From Nitrospiraceae bacterium (GTDB lineage Bacteria > Nitrospirota > Nitrospiria > Nitrospirales > UBA2166), in assembly GCA_002726235.1 (NCBI GenBank), contig PBSN01000002.1, forward strand, positions 138,540 through 158,539: a stretch of 20,000 nucleotides of DNA, in the 5' to 3' direction. How positions within the stretch are numbered: position 1 is the stretch's first letter; each line of letters starts with the position of its first letter. The notes under the pieces were generated by a model. That model had not been told where the DNA came from, ran no database searches, and saw only the letters and a program-made list of their open reading frames with translations. The translations under genes and the position numbers were made by a program. Below are positions 1 to 8,788 of this stretch, piece after piece.

Positions 1-32
1 CCCTGACCGACGCTTTCAATCACGAGATTCAT
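1..32 (-). CDS. Probable 5' end of the next downstream gene (MNLVIESVGQ...), running off the window edge; product unknown
   Basis: ATG at 32-30 on the minus strand, preceded by AAAGGA 8 nt upstream. The frame is open to the window edge and has the same orientation as the cluster. Only 10 codons are visible. Confidence 0.4.
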   Translation of the reverse strand, partial: MNLVIESVGQ

Positions 33-99
33 GCGCGCGATCCTTTACGATGTTTGCAAAAGAGTCATCAGATGATAATCGCCCAAGCTTAACCCGCCC

Positions 100-1491
100 T
101 CAAGCCATGCTCCTGAGATGTTTATAGCGCGGAACAAAACGATCGAAGGTTTCGCAAACGAGGTTCGCAAATTGCTTGCCCGATTCTGTAATGACAATCG
201 TTGTGTTAGAAAGCTCTATAATATTCTCTTGGGCGAAATCACAAAGGATCGTTTTTTCCTCGCCAAAATACTTCTCAAAGTTAATACCATATTGTTCTTC
301 AATGCTACGGCAATCAAGATAAAAGTAGCTTCGTAGGCGAGTTATAATGTCACGTCGCATAATATCGTCTTGGTCTAATTTATACCCGCGGTAGATTGGA
401 AAGTGTCCCTTCGTAATCGCTTTCTCATAATCCGGTTCATCAAAACAATTCTGGAAATAATAGTTTTCGCCAACCGTGCTATAGCTGCTTATTCCGAGAC
501 CGATCACACTCGCATATTTTCCAGATGTATAGCCAAGCGCATTCCAGTGCATTTTTTGCTCTACCAAGGCCTTCGCAACAGCGTCTGTCGGCTTAGCAAA
601 ATGGTCATATCCAATTCGCACATACCCACTTCGCTCAAGAACATCAAGCGCTTCATAAAACAGCATCTTTTTCTCATGCATACTTGGAAGTTCAGATCGA
701 TTCATCAGTTTCTGATGCTTGGCGAATTTCGACAAATGCAAATAATTGAGACAAATTCGATCCGGGGACATGTCTACCACCTTATTGATTGTTTCCCGAA
801 TCGAGGTTGGAGTTTGTCGAGGCAATCCGCAGATGATGTCGAAATTAATGCCGTTCACAAAACACTTCTTAATCTCGGGCGCAAGCAAGTTTTCAATTAA
901 CTCTGGAGGCTGCACTCTATTAATAGCTTTCTGAACATCAAGATCAAAATCTTGCACGCCGAGCGATATCCGATTAACTCCCTTTTCATGGTAGAATTTC
1001 AGTCTCTCCTTATCGACTCTTCGTGGATCTATTTCGATTGAGAATTCGCTTAACCTGTCTATATCAACAATGGTTCGTACACGCTCCATAAGCTGCTCAA
1101 ACTCGTCTTCACAAATATACGTCGGCGACCCTCCACCAAAGTGGACTTCCTGAAAATTTGGCGTCAGCGAGTGTTGATCCAAAAAATCCCGAAATAGCTC
1201 GACCTCGCGATGCAGAACACTGAGATATTTTTTCACTTTTTCATAACTGTGGGTTACCGTCATGTGACACGTACAAAACCAACACAATTCCTCACAATGT
1301 GGGATGTGAAGATAGAGCATTAGTGGAGAGCTTTTATCACATGAGAATAGATTCTTGAGAGCCGTTCTGAACTCTTTATCGCCAAATTCCTTTGACCAAT
1401 GACTGTGATGAGGATACGCCGTATACATAACGACATCACAGTCGTATTTGTCGATCAAACGAGCGTACGTTTCACTAACTATGGCAGCCAT
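100..1491 (-). CDS. hemN: HemN-like (oxygen-independent coproporphyrinogen III oxidase family) radical SAM protein, divergent
   Basis: LYLHIPHCEELCWFCTC (CxxxCxxC), HFGGGSPT, EIDPR, RISLGVQDFD, GYDHFA and a HemN-like C-terminus (ITESGKQFANLVCETFD). Start placed at ATG 1491 (MAAIVSE) because of a GGGAG RBS; the ORF track start at 1524 is probably too long. The family call is secure, but the exact function is not. Confidence 0.8.
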   Translation of the reverse strand: MAAIVSETYARLIDKYDCDVVMYTAYPHHSHWSKEFGDKEFRTALKNLFSCDKSSPLMLYLHIPHCEELCWFCTCHMTVTHSYEKVKKYLSVLHREVELFRDFLDQHSLTPNFQEVHFGGGSPTYICEDEFEQLMERVRTIVDIDRLSEFSIEIDPRRVDKERLKFYHEKGVNRISLGVQDFDLDVQKAINRVQPPELIENLLAPEIKKCFVNGINFDIICGLPRQTPTSIRETINKVVDMSPDRICLNYLHLSKFAKHQKLMNRSELPSMHEKKMLFYEALDVLERSGYVRIGYDHFAKPTDAVAKALVEQKMHWNALGYTSGKYASVIGLGISSYSTVGENYYFQNCFDEPDYEKAITKGHFPIYRGYKLDQDDIMRRDIITRLRSYFYLDCRSIEEQYGINFEKYFGEEKTILCDFAQENIIELSNTTIVITESGKQFANLVCETFDRFVPRYKHLRSMA

Positions 1492-1695
1492 TCGGTTTTC
1501 TCCCGTCTTTTTAAAGTGAAGCATATTCCCGCTAAGCTGTATTGTCGCCTGAGAGAAGAATCACTCCCTGTGTCACCTCCATAGCCGCCTTGCACATGTA
1601 TCGCCCGCCACAATATCACACCGAATACACCCTATCAGCATCCCAGGAGAACGAACCAAGACATACTATCACCAGCAGCAATAGTTGTTGCGAAG

Positions 1696-2604
1696 CTACA
1701 CATCTCGAAGCATCATCTCAACAGTATCGACGATGCGCATGGTGGTTGGCGTCCCGTTTTCCAAACGCTTCGCTACGCCTGGGGAACGATCCGCTTGCCC
1801 CACCGCCTTAACCGGACACCCAGTGGCATACATTAATTCATATGCCACAGATTGTGATGCCCCGGCAATCTCATAGGCAGAATCAACAACGATGCCGTGA
1901 CCACTCGCCTTCAACGGCTCCATCACTCTCTGAGTTAGATCAAACGGCTTTAACCATAGGAGGTGTACAAGGTTGCATCTTACCCCCCTGTGACCAAGCA
2001 CCTCGACGGCTTCGACCGCATTGAAACGCGCCGCCGACATGGCATAGATCGTAATGTGTGCATCATGGTGTACCTGATCCGGCATTTCTTGTCTGCTGGT
2101 GTAACTACGCCGGTGTTCACTCACAAGCAACGGGTCATCGTGCGTCATATACCAATTCCAAATCTGCACATACTCGTTTGGCGTCATCGGCGCACACACT
2201 GGAAGACCCGGCATATGCATGAACAGACTGTGGAAGCAATTGGTGTGTATTGGTCCTGTACTGTCACCCTCACTACCAATCGCACGCACAAACACCGGCG
2301 CCGGATAACCAAAGACGCTTTTCGCTTTCGCGGCGTGGTTGACGATAGGACTTGCATTGAGCCACAGCAAACTTTGAAACCGAATGATAAATATCGGTCT
2401 CCGCCCCATAATGGCAGCGCCAACTGCAATGCCAGCTCCAGACACGTCTGTCATCGGCAACTCCACAATACCCTCTGCCTGTGCCGGCACAGTATTCTGG
2501 ACCCATCCCACCGCAGTAAGACACTGACCAAGAAGAATGCCGTTGTGTTTCGCAATGTGCTCGCGGCTTATATCGCGGATCGTCTCTGCAACCGTTCGTT
2601 CCAT
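1696..2604 (-). CDS. ThDP-dependent 2-oxoacid dehydrogenase E1 beta / transketolase C-terminal-like subunit (pair 2)
   Basis: GIAVGAAIMGRRPI, PIVNHAAK, PVFVR, PGLPVCAPMTP, DPLLVSEHR and LLWLKPFD match the E1-beta layout. Overlaps the upstream alpha gene by 37 bp. Confidence 0.85.
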   Translation of the reverse strand: MERTVAETIRDISREHIAKHNGILLGQCLTAVGWVQNTVPAQAEGIVELPMTDVSGAGIAVGAAIMGRRPIFIIRFQSLLWLNASPIVNHAAKAKSVFGYPAPVFVRAIGSEGDSTGPIHTNCFHSLFMHMPGLPVCAPMTPNEYVQIWNWYMTHDDPLLVSEHRRSYTSRQEMPDQVHHDAHITIYAMSAARFNAVEAVEVLGHRGVRCNLVHLLWLKPFDLTQRVMEPLKASGHGIVVDSAYEIAGASQSVAYELMYATGCPVKAVGQADRSPGVAKRLENGTPTTMRIVDTVEMMLRDV

Positions 2605-3515
2605 AAATCCTCGACAAACGTCTTGATTTCCAGTTCGATCGCACGCGCCTTATCACGAAGTCCAATTTCTGTGAGTTTGGCCTTGGTCAGATCAAAGCGG
2701 CTCCACTCTGCATTGTTGTCGCTTCCTGTCCCGTTATGCCAAAACTCGCGACACGTTCGAATGTTAATGATTGCAGGAAGCTGATCGGCTAACGTGGTTG
2801 TCCAATACTCGATCAACCACGGATCGTCGGTGATGTCCACGGCGTTTAACCCGAAGCCTTGCGCGACATCTACCACACTCCAGTTTCGCCGCTCAACCGT
2901 CGGAGTAAGGACTGAAAGATCGTTATCTTCACAAACGAAAAGAAGTGGAAGTTTCTTGGTAGCCACAAACCCAAGCGTGGCAAGGACGTAATCCTCTTCG
3001 GCGGCCCCGTCACCGAAAAAACATATCACCCGCTCACCTGGCGCCGCGAGGGCAATACCCGCAGCTACCGGCACTTGATCGCCAATCAGCCCGTTATGAG
3101 CGACGATTTTGCGTTCAAAGTCGTGTGACGGCGGTGAACCACCCATACCACCACAACAACCCGTGGACATGCCTAAAAGTTCGTCCGCAAGTCGTTCAGG
3201 TCGCCCACCGAATGAGAGGTAGACGGAATGGCCTCGATGCTGTCCGAGGACGTAGCATCCTTCCATCACAACCGCGACTGCTGCAGCAACCGCCTCCTGC
3301 CCAACAGAAAGGTAAATCAGACATTCAATATCGTTATCAAGCTGGGCTTGCCGAACACGCAAATCGAAATATCTTGTCAGGCACATTTTGCGAAACATCG
3401 CCAACGATCGTTCAGGTGAGCACGCCTCTGCAAGGCCTTCCATCATCCCCCAATCAGGCGAACGTACCATCCTTGGCTGTTGAGGCCCCTGCGCAATACC
3501 GCGTTCAATACTCAT
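2568..3515 (-). CDS. ThDP-dependent dehydrogenase E1 alpha subunit (pair 2)
   Basis: YLSVGQEAV, HRGHSVYL, GMGGS and the ThDP-binding motif FFGDGAAEE...FVCEDN. Start placed at ATG 3515 (MSIERG); TTG 3566 or a later ATG is also possible. Confidence 0.87.
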   Translation of the reverse strand: MSIERGIAQGPQQPRMVRSPDWGMMEGLAEACSPERSLAMFRKMCLTRYFDLRVRQAQLDNDIECLIYLSVGQEAVAAAVAVVMEGCYVLGQHRGHSVYLSFGGRPERLADELLGMSTGCCGGMGGSPPSHDFERKIVAHNGLIGDQVPVAAGIALAAPGERVICFFGDGAAEEDYVLATLGFVATKKLPLLFVCEDNDLSVLTPTVERRNWSVVDVAQGFGLNAVDITDDPWLIEYWTTTLADQLPAIINIRTCREFWHNGTGSDNNAEWSRFDLTKAKLTEIGLRDKARAIELEIKTFVEDLWNERLQRRSAI

Positions 3516-3566
3516 ATGCTTGATCCAAGCTTTAAAATCATACGGAAAAATGTCATGGGCCCACAA

Positions 3567-4727
3567 TCAGCCAACAATTCGATTCACAAGATTCACAATA
3601 TCGTCATCTACGATCATTTTCTTTTTGGCCGATAAATCCTTGAAGGACAAATAGACCTTATCGAAATCTTGCGGCCCGATGTCCAAACTCAATTCCATTA
3701 TTTTTGTCCGCAACGCATGCTTGCCGGATAGCTTTCCCAGCATAAGATCAAACTTTCGAGCCCCGACTGTTTCCGGCTCGATAATTTGATAGGTTTCACT
3801 GTTGCACAGCATGCCGTGCTGATGAATTCCAGACTCATGCTTAAACGCGTTCTCCCCGACAATCGCCTTGTTGGGTGCGACCCTCATTCTTGAGAGCGCC
3901 TCGACCAACTTGCTCGTTTCCAGGATTGCTTTGGTATTAATATCAGCCTGAACTCCAAATTGGGTCGGCCTAGTCTTTAGCGCCATGACAACTTCTTCCA
4001 TCGACGCGTTTCCTGCACGTTCCCCGATCCCGTTGATCGTGCATTCTGCCTGGCCTGCACCCGCGGCCAAGCCAGCCAACGTATTCGCAGTAGCCAACCC
4101 CAAATCGTCGTGGCAATGTGTAGATACCACCATATCTTTCACGCCTGCTACCTTGGCAAGTACGGTTTTGACGATCGAAGCATACTCTGTAGGGATGGAG
4201 TACCCTACGGTGTCTGGAATTTCTAATGTTCGCGCTCCAGACTCCCCCGCAACGGTAAAAACACTGCACAAGAAGTCCAGATCGCTACGTGTCGCATCCT
4301 CAGCTGCAAATTCAACATCCTCGACCAACGATCGTGCGAACGCAACGGTTTCTCTCGTAAGATCAATTACCTGCTCCCTAGTAAGGTTGAGTTTGTATTC
4401 TAGGTGCAAATCTGATGTCGCGAGGACAACCTGAATTCTTGGCTTAGCCGCTGGTCTGAGAGCTTCGTACGCGCACTCGATATCGCGCTTATGGGCCCTG
4501 GCCATGGAACAGATCGTAGGGCCATCTGGAGAACCAAGTTCCATGGCAATACGGTTGACTCCTTGAAAGTCAGACTCTGACGCTACGGCAAACCCTGCTT
4601 CGATAATTGGAACATTCATGTTCACAAGCTGACGGGCAATCTCCAGCTTTTCCTCGGGAAAAAAATTGACGCCAGGCGACTGTTCACCATCACGAAGCGT
4701 GATGTCATTTAACAGGATTCTTCTCAC
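3567..4727 (-). CDS. 2-isopropylmalate/homocitrate synthase family (DRE-TIM) acetyl-CoA condensing enzyme, short form lacking the regulatory domain
   Basis: DITLRDGEQSPG, IEAGF, ATSDLH, AEDATRSD, PDTVG, HCHDDLGLA, GIGERAGN, HESGIHQ and LGKLSGKH. Start likely GTG 4727 (VRRILL), giving 386 aa. It ends before the Leu-binding regulatory domain of canonical LeuA. Confidence 0.85.
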   Translation of the reverse strand: MRRILLNDITLRDGEQSPGVNFFPEEKLEIARQLVNMNVPIIEAGFAVASESDFQGVNRIAMELGSPDGPTICSMARAHKRDIECAYEALRPAAKPRIQVVLATSDLHLEYKLNLTREQVIDLTRETVAFARSLVEDVEFAAEDATRSDLDFLCSVFTVAGESGARTLEIPDTVGYSIPTEYASIVKTVLAKVAGVKDMVVSTHCHDDLGLATANTLAGLAAGAGQAECTINGIGERAGNASMEEVVMALKTRPTQFGVQADINTKAILETSKLVEALSRMRVAPNKAIVGENAFKHESGIHQHGMLCNSETYQIIEPETVGARKFDLMLGKLSGKHALRTKIMELSLDIGPQDFDKVYLSFKDLSAKKKMIVDDDIVNLVNRIVG

Positions 4728-4746
4728 GTTTTCACCATGAAAACCC

Positions 4747-5721
4747 TTATGTTGGGATTGATTCTCCGAGCAGGTTCTCACGATACCAACGTAACGTTTT
4801 TTGAATCCCCCCGTCGAGCGAGGTATTTGGCGTCCAGCCATACCGCGATTTCGCTTTATCGATATTCAAATCAAGCTTGAAACCTATGCTAGGCTTTGTT
4901 AAATCGAATTCGGCTTTTAAATCCATTCCTGAAAACTGGATCATCTTGTGGACGAGGTCTCGAACCGAGACTGATTTGCCTAACCCCAGATTGAGAAGTT
5001 CAAATGCCACGTTTTGCTTTTCTAAGGCCAGATGAATGAAGTCGATGAGGTCATCAACATAGAGAAAATCACGCTCATCAGTCCCGTCACCCCAAACCAT
5101 AATTTTTCCGTCCGTTGCAGTCAGTACCTTGGTCATCGTGGCACCAAATACATGTGATCGTTCCAGATCAAATTTATCGTGTGGGCCATAAATGTTTGAA
5201 TGGCGAAGCACGGTGTATTTCGTTGAGCCTATTTGAGAATAAAACTCACACATTTTTTCGTGATACACCTTGGTCCATCCGCTGGCAAAATATTTCTCGT
5301 GTAGCTCTCCATTAAAATCTTCTTCTTTCACCGGTTCTTGCTGCTCTTGATACATCACTGTGCAACTCAGAAAAACCACATGCCCAACTCCTGCCTCATG
5401 GCTGGCGCGAAACAGAAGCGCATTCATGATTACGTTATCGGTGACATGGATATATGGACTGTTAACAATATCTTTGGCGCCTGAGGTTGTTGCTGCGCTC
5501 TGAACAACAACATCCATACCCTGGACCACACGATATACATCATCTCGATTCGTCAGTTCGGCTTGAAGATATTCAACCGACGGAGTCTTATGAGGCACAT
5601 CTGCTAGGTTCTGCCTACAAGTAGCGTAGACGTCATAGGCCGCATCTTTAGCAAAATACTCACATAGATTTCGACCAATAAATCCTGTTCCGCCGCAGAC
5701 TAAGAGCTTCCGCCGCTTCAT
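4747..5721 (-). CDS. NAD(P)-dependent epimerase/dehydratase, GDP-L-fucose synthase (Fcl/ColC)-like extended SDR
   Basis: GGTGFIG Rossmann motif, NIYGPHDKFD..SHV, VWGDGTDERDFLYVDD. Start at ATG 5721 gives an ATGA overlap with the upstream stop; ATG 5730 is an alternative. Confidence 0.85.
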   Translation of the reverse strand: MKRRKLLVCGGTGFIGRNLCEYFAKDAAYDVYATCRQNLADVPHKTPSVEYLQAELTNRDDVYRVVQGMDVVVQSAATTSGAKDIVNSPYIHVTDNVIMNALLFRASHEAGVGHVVFLSCTVMYQEQQEPVKEEDFNGELHEKYFASGWTKVYHEKMCEFYSQIGSTKYTVLRHSNIYGPHDKFDLERSHVFGATMTKVLTATDGKIMVWGDGTDERDFLYVDDLIDFIHLALEKQNVAFELLNLGLGKSVSVRDLVHKMIQFSGMDLKAEFDLTKPSIGFKLDLNIDKAKSRYGWTPNTSLDGGIQKTLRWYRENLLGESIPT

Positions 5722-6686
5722 GTCTGACATCGTCCAATGTGTTTCTGATACCAATCAATCGTCCGCATCAGACCATCTCGAAGACTCACACGTGCTTCCC
5801 AACCCAACAGTTCTTTGGCTTTTGCTGGATCGGATACTCGATAAGGGATTGTCGCCGGTTTCTCAGGATCATACGTCACCGACACGTCAAGATGCAGGAT
5901 GTCCAAGATCACGGACACGAGATCCTTAATCGTGTATGCCTCCTTGGCGCTGATGTTTACCGGAGAGCATGTCGCGTTCGTGTCAAGATTGATCATCAGG
6001 CCATCGACCAAATCATCAACGTATGTAAATGATCGAATTTGCTTTCCGTCTCCCCATACCTCGAACGGATTCATCCCCTGTGTCGCCTTGACAATCAATG
6101 CCGGGATGACGTGACATTGATCGAGATTAAAGTTATCGTGCGGCCCGTAATACGCATTAGGGCGAACGATTGCATATCTTGTCTTGCTGGTCATGTGACT
6201 GTATCGACACAGCGTTTCCAGATAACGCGTTGTCCAGCCTATACCATAATTTGTGGGAATCCATGGATCACCTTGGAAGCCTTCACTTTCTACATTCGGT
6301 TTTCCCGTATCAGGATAGATATAACAGCTACTGATGAAACTACATCGATCCACCTTCATCTCTGCGGCCAGTACGATTAGTTTCGAATGTATATATAAAT
6401 AATCTAAGATGAGGCTCGCTGGATTAGCTTGGATCTCCTTGGCACCGCGTACTCTGGCGGCTGCAAGAAAAACAATATCCATATCCGCAAACGCTGCGCG
6501 AGCCTTATTCTCGTCCATCAAATCACAAGACATAACCTCCAGGTTCGCGTGCTGCAGCAGCACCTTTCGAGTCGTATACTGCGTCGCTCTGACGAACGCG
6601 CCTTGTTCGAGAAGTTTTCGCACGAGGCTTTGCCCAACCAAGCCTGCGCCGCCAGCGACAAGAACGTTTTTCCCTCGGTAAAACAT
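5718..6686 (-). CDS. NAD(P)-dependent epimerase/dehydratase, GDP-L-fucose synthase-like extended SDR
   Basis: GGAGLVG, FLAAARVRG, SSCYIYP, YYGPHDNF..CHVIPALI, VWGDGKQIRSFTYVDD. Confidence 0.85.
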   Translation of the reverse strand: MFYRGKNVLVAGGAGLVGQSLVRKLLEQGAFVRATQYTTRKVLLQHANLEVMSCDLMDENKARAAFADMDIVFLAAARVRGAKEIQANPASLILDYLYIHSKLIVLAAEMKVDRCSFISSCYIYPDTGKPNVESEGFQGDPWIPTNYGIGWTTRYLETLCRYSHMTSKTRYAIVRPNAYYGPHDNFNLDQCHVIPALIVKATQGMNPFEVWGDGKQIRSFTYVDDLVDGLMINLDTNATCSPVNISAKEAYTIKDLVSVILDILHLDVSVTYDPEKPATIPYRVSDPAKAKELLGWEARVSLRDGLMRTIDWYQKHIGRCQT

Positions 6687-6779
6687 GGTTGCTCAATTAG
6701 TAGGATAAGGGTGTGGATCTAGTACAGAATAGACGTGCTTTTCTTGTTCTTTAGAAATCCGTGCCGCTGCATTTATCGC

Positions 6780-7820
6780 CTAGAAAGGTCCTTTGAAGTT
6801 TTTTTCGTAACTGTAGAACGATTCCCCACTCAGATCGGAATGTTCAAGGCCTAACATGCGTTCGACCGCCTGAATGATCGTCACTGCTGAAGGATAAAAG
6901 AGGTTTTCCAAGGGGCGAGTCGTTGGACATGGCACAGACGCGAAACCAAACCGTTCTACCGGCTTCTCCAGGACCTCAAAACACCTGTGACTAATGAGCG
7001 CAGCCAATTCAGCCCCGAACCCACAAAACACCCAGTCATAGTCGACAACAAGGCAATGCCTGGTTTTCATGACGGATGAGGTGATCAGTCCCTCATCCAA
7101 AGGGGTAGCGGTTCGCACATCCACCACCTCCAACTCAACTCCTCGTTTAGCCAAAACGTCTGCCGCTTTCAATGCCTCAATGTTCATCCACGATGTCGCC
7201 ACCACGGTCAAAGCATCACCTGTCCGACGTATGACGGACGACCCGAGGGGAATTTCCTCTTCCTCATCCAACTCCCCTTCAACATCGTACAGCCACCGAT
7301 GCTCCATGAAAATCACAGGATTGTCATCGCGAATCGAAGACCTCAATAGGCTATAGGCATCTTGAGGCGTCGTCGGAAGAACAACTTTCAGACCGGGAAA
7401 ATGTGCAAATATCGAATGGAGTGATTTGCTATGTTGGGCCGACTGGCCCCACCCACGTCCGATGATAGCTCGAATCACTAATGGGATCTTCAGTCTGCCC
7501 GCACTCATATACCGCAGATTCGACACCATATTCGCAATCTGATTTATACCCAAAAGCATAAAATCCGCGCGGATATGTACGTGGACTGGCCTTAAACCTG
7601 AAGCGGCTGCTCCTAATGCAACACCGGTCATTGCATCCTCTGAGAGAGGGGTCCCAAAGCAACGATCCGTACCGAACCGCTCGACCAAACCACGCGTACT
7701 TCCAAATATTCGCTTGTGATCCGGCACATCGAGGCCAAACACAAAAACCGTCGGATCTCTTTCCATCTCCCGCGTGAGAGCGAGGTTTAATGCCTTGCGA
7801 AATGTCGTCAGCGATGTCAT
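6780..7820 (-). CDS. ThDP-dependent dehydrogenase E1 beta subunit (pair 1)
   Basis: TFRKALNLAL..EMERDPTVFVFG, TPLSEDAMTGVALGAA..GLRPV, QHS, PGLKVVLP, DNPVIFMEHR, EVVDVRT..PLD. ATGA overlap with the alpha gene. Confidence 0.9.
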   Translation of the reverse strand: MTSLTTFRKALNLALTREMERDPTVFVFGLDVPDHKRIFGSTRGLVERFGTDRCFGTPLSEDAMTGVALGAAASGLRPVHVHIRADFMLLGINQIANMVSNLRYMSAGRLKIPLVIRAIIGRGWGQSAQHSKSLHSIFAHFPGLKVVLPTTPQDAYSLLRSSIRDDNPVIFMEHRWLYDVEGELDEEEEIPLGSSVIRRTGDALTVVATSWMNIEALKAADVLAKRGVELEVVDVRTATPLDEGLITSSVMKTRHCLVVDYDWVFCGFGAELAALISHRCFEVLEKPVERFGFASVPCPTTRPLENLFYPSAVTIIQAVERMLGLEHSDLSGESFYSYEKNFKGPF

Positions 7821-8788
7821 ACGAAAACATCGGTGTACAGCTCCGATGGAGCAGGGAATGGCGCCTGTTTTGCGGCTTGAATGCTTCGAGCAATCTTTTC
7901 ATCCACCTCCGTTCGTATCGCGCGCAAGTCATCAAGCGAGCACTCGTTCCTGAGGAGATTTTTCTCAAATCGAAGAACAGGATCGAGACGTGCCATTTCC
8001 GTCGACGCCGGCCGAAGCCTATACCCCACATCGAAGTCTTCTGCTATGCCAACATGCTCGAGAAACCGCAGATACGTAAGATGAAGAAACCCAGGTTTTG
8101 GTTGCTCAGACATTTGCTCCACCATCTGACGTGTCATCATGATGACCTCTTGGACATCGCTCCCATCCCCACTCATGCAATAACACTCAAATCCCCCAAC
8201 AATTTCTGATATGGATCGAAAGCCTTGTCGCGCAGCTGAAGGGGTATGGATCGCTAGATTATTGTCTTCACACACAAACAGGATGCGAAGGCGATGCAAA
8301 CAAGCAAAATTCATGCTCTCCCAGAAGCTACCTTCTTCCACCGCACCATCACCAAAAAAGGCAACCGCCACGTCATCTGACTTCTTGTACTTGGCAGCAA
8401 ATGCTGCACCTACCGCTAACGGAATTGTTGTTCCAACGACGGCCGATGTTGCGACCAAACCGCTCTCCGGCGCGGAGAGATGCATCGACCCTGCTTTTCC
8501 TTTTCCTGCCCCTGTTGCCTTGCCGTAGAGTTCCGCAAAAAACCCATCAGTGTCATCGGTGAGCATCAGGTACAATGCGTGGTTGCGGTATGTTCCGAAA
8601 CACTGCGTTGCCTCTGGCACCCCAGATAAGACACCGACAGGTATCGCCTCTTGCCCAATACTCAGGTGAACTGGGGTTTTCATTCCATCATTGCCATATT
8701 CTTCGCGAATCTTTTCCTCCGCTTGCCGAATTAGGACAAGCTTCCGATACAGATAAAGCGATTCATCCGTACGTAACCGTGCCGTCAT
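7817..8788 (-). CDS. ThDP-dependent dehydrogenase E1 alpha subunit (pair 1)
   Basis: HLSIGQEA, TYRNH, GKAGSMH and the ThDP motif FFGDGAVEEGSFWESMN...VCEDN. ATGA overlap with the upstream PLP-enzyme gene. Confidence 0.9.
   Translation of the reverse strand: MTARLRTDESLYLYRKLVLIRQAEEKIREEYGNDGMKTPVHLSIGQEAIPVGVLSGVPEATQCFGTYRNHALYLMLTDDTDGFFAELYGKATGAGKGKAGSMHLSAPESGLVATSAVVGTTIPLAVGAAFAAKYKKSDDVAVAFFGDGAVEEGSFWESMNFACLHRLRILFVCEDNNLAIHTPSAARQGFRSISEIVGGFECYCMSGDGSDVQEVIMMTRQMVEQMSEQPKPGFLHLTYLRFLEHVGIAEDFDVGYRLRPASTEMARLDPVLRFEKNLLRNECSLDDLRAIRTEVDEKIARSIQAAKQAPFPAPSELYTDVFV

Noticed and set aside
1963..2784. 273-aa plus-strand ORF, and the other plus-strand ORFs in the track
   Set aside because: They are antisense shadows of well-supported minus-strand genes and carry no recognisable motifs.
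3567..4841. Longer ORF-track starts (4841, and similarly 1524, 5754, 10799, 11763)
   Set aside because: The extensions overlap upstream genes or precede the first conserved motif. Downstream starts with an RBS or stop-start coupling fit better.
6780..8788. Housekeeping pyruvate or acetoin dehydrogenase (pdhAB/acoAB)
   Set aside because: No E2/E3 genes are present and the pair is translationally coupled to a sugar 3-dehydratase. Gene symbols were withheld.
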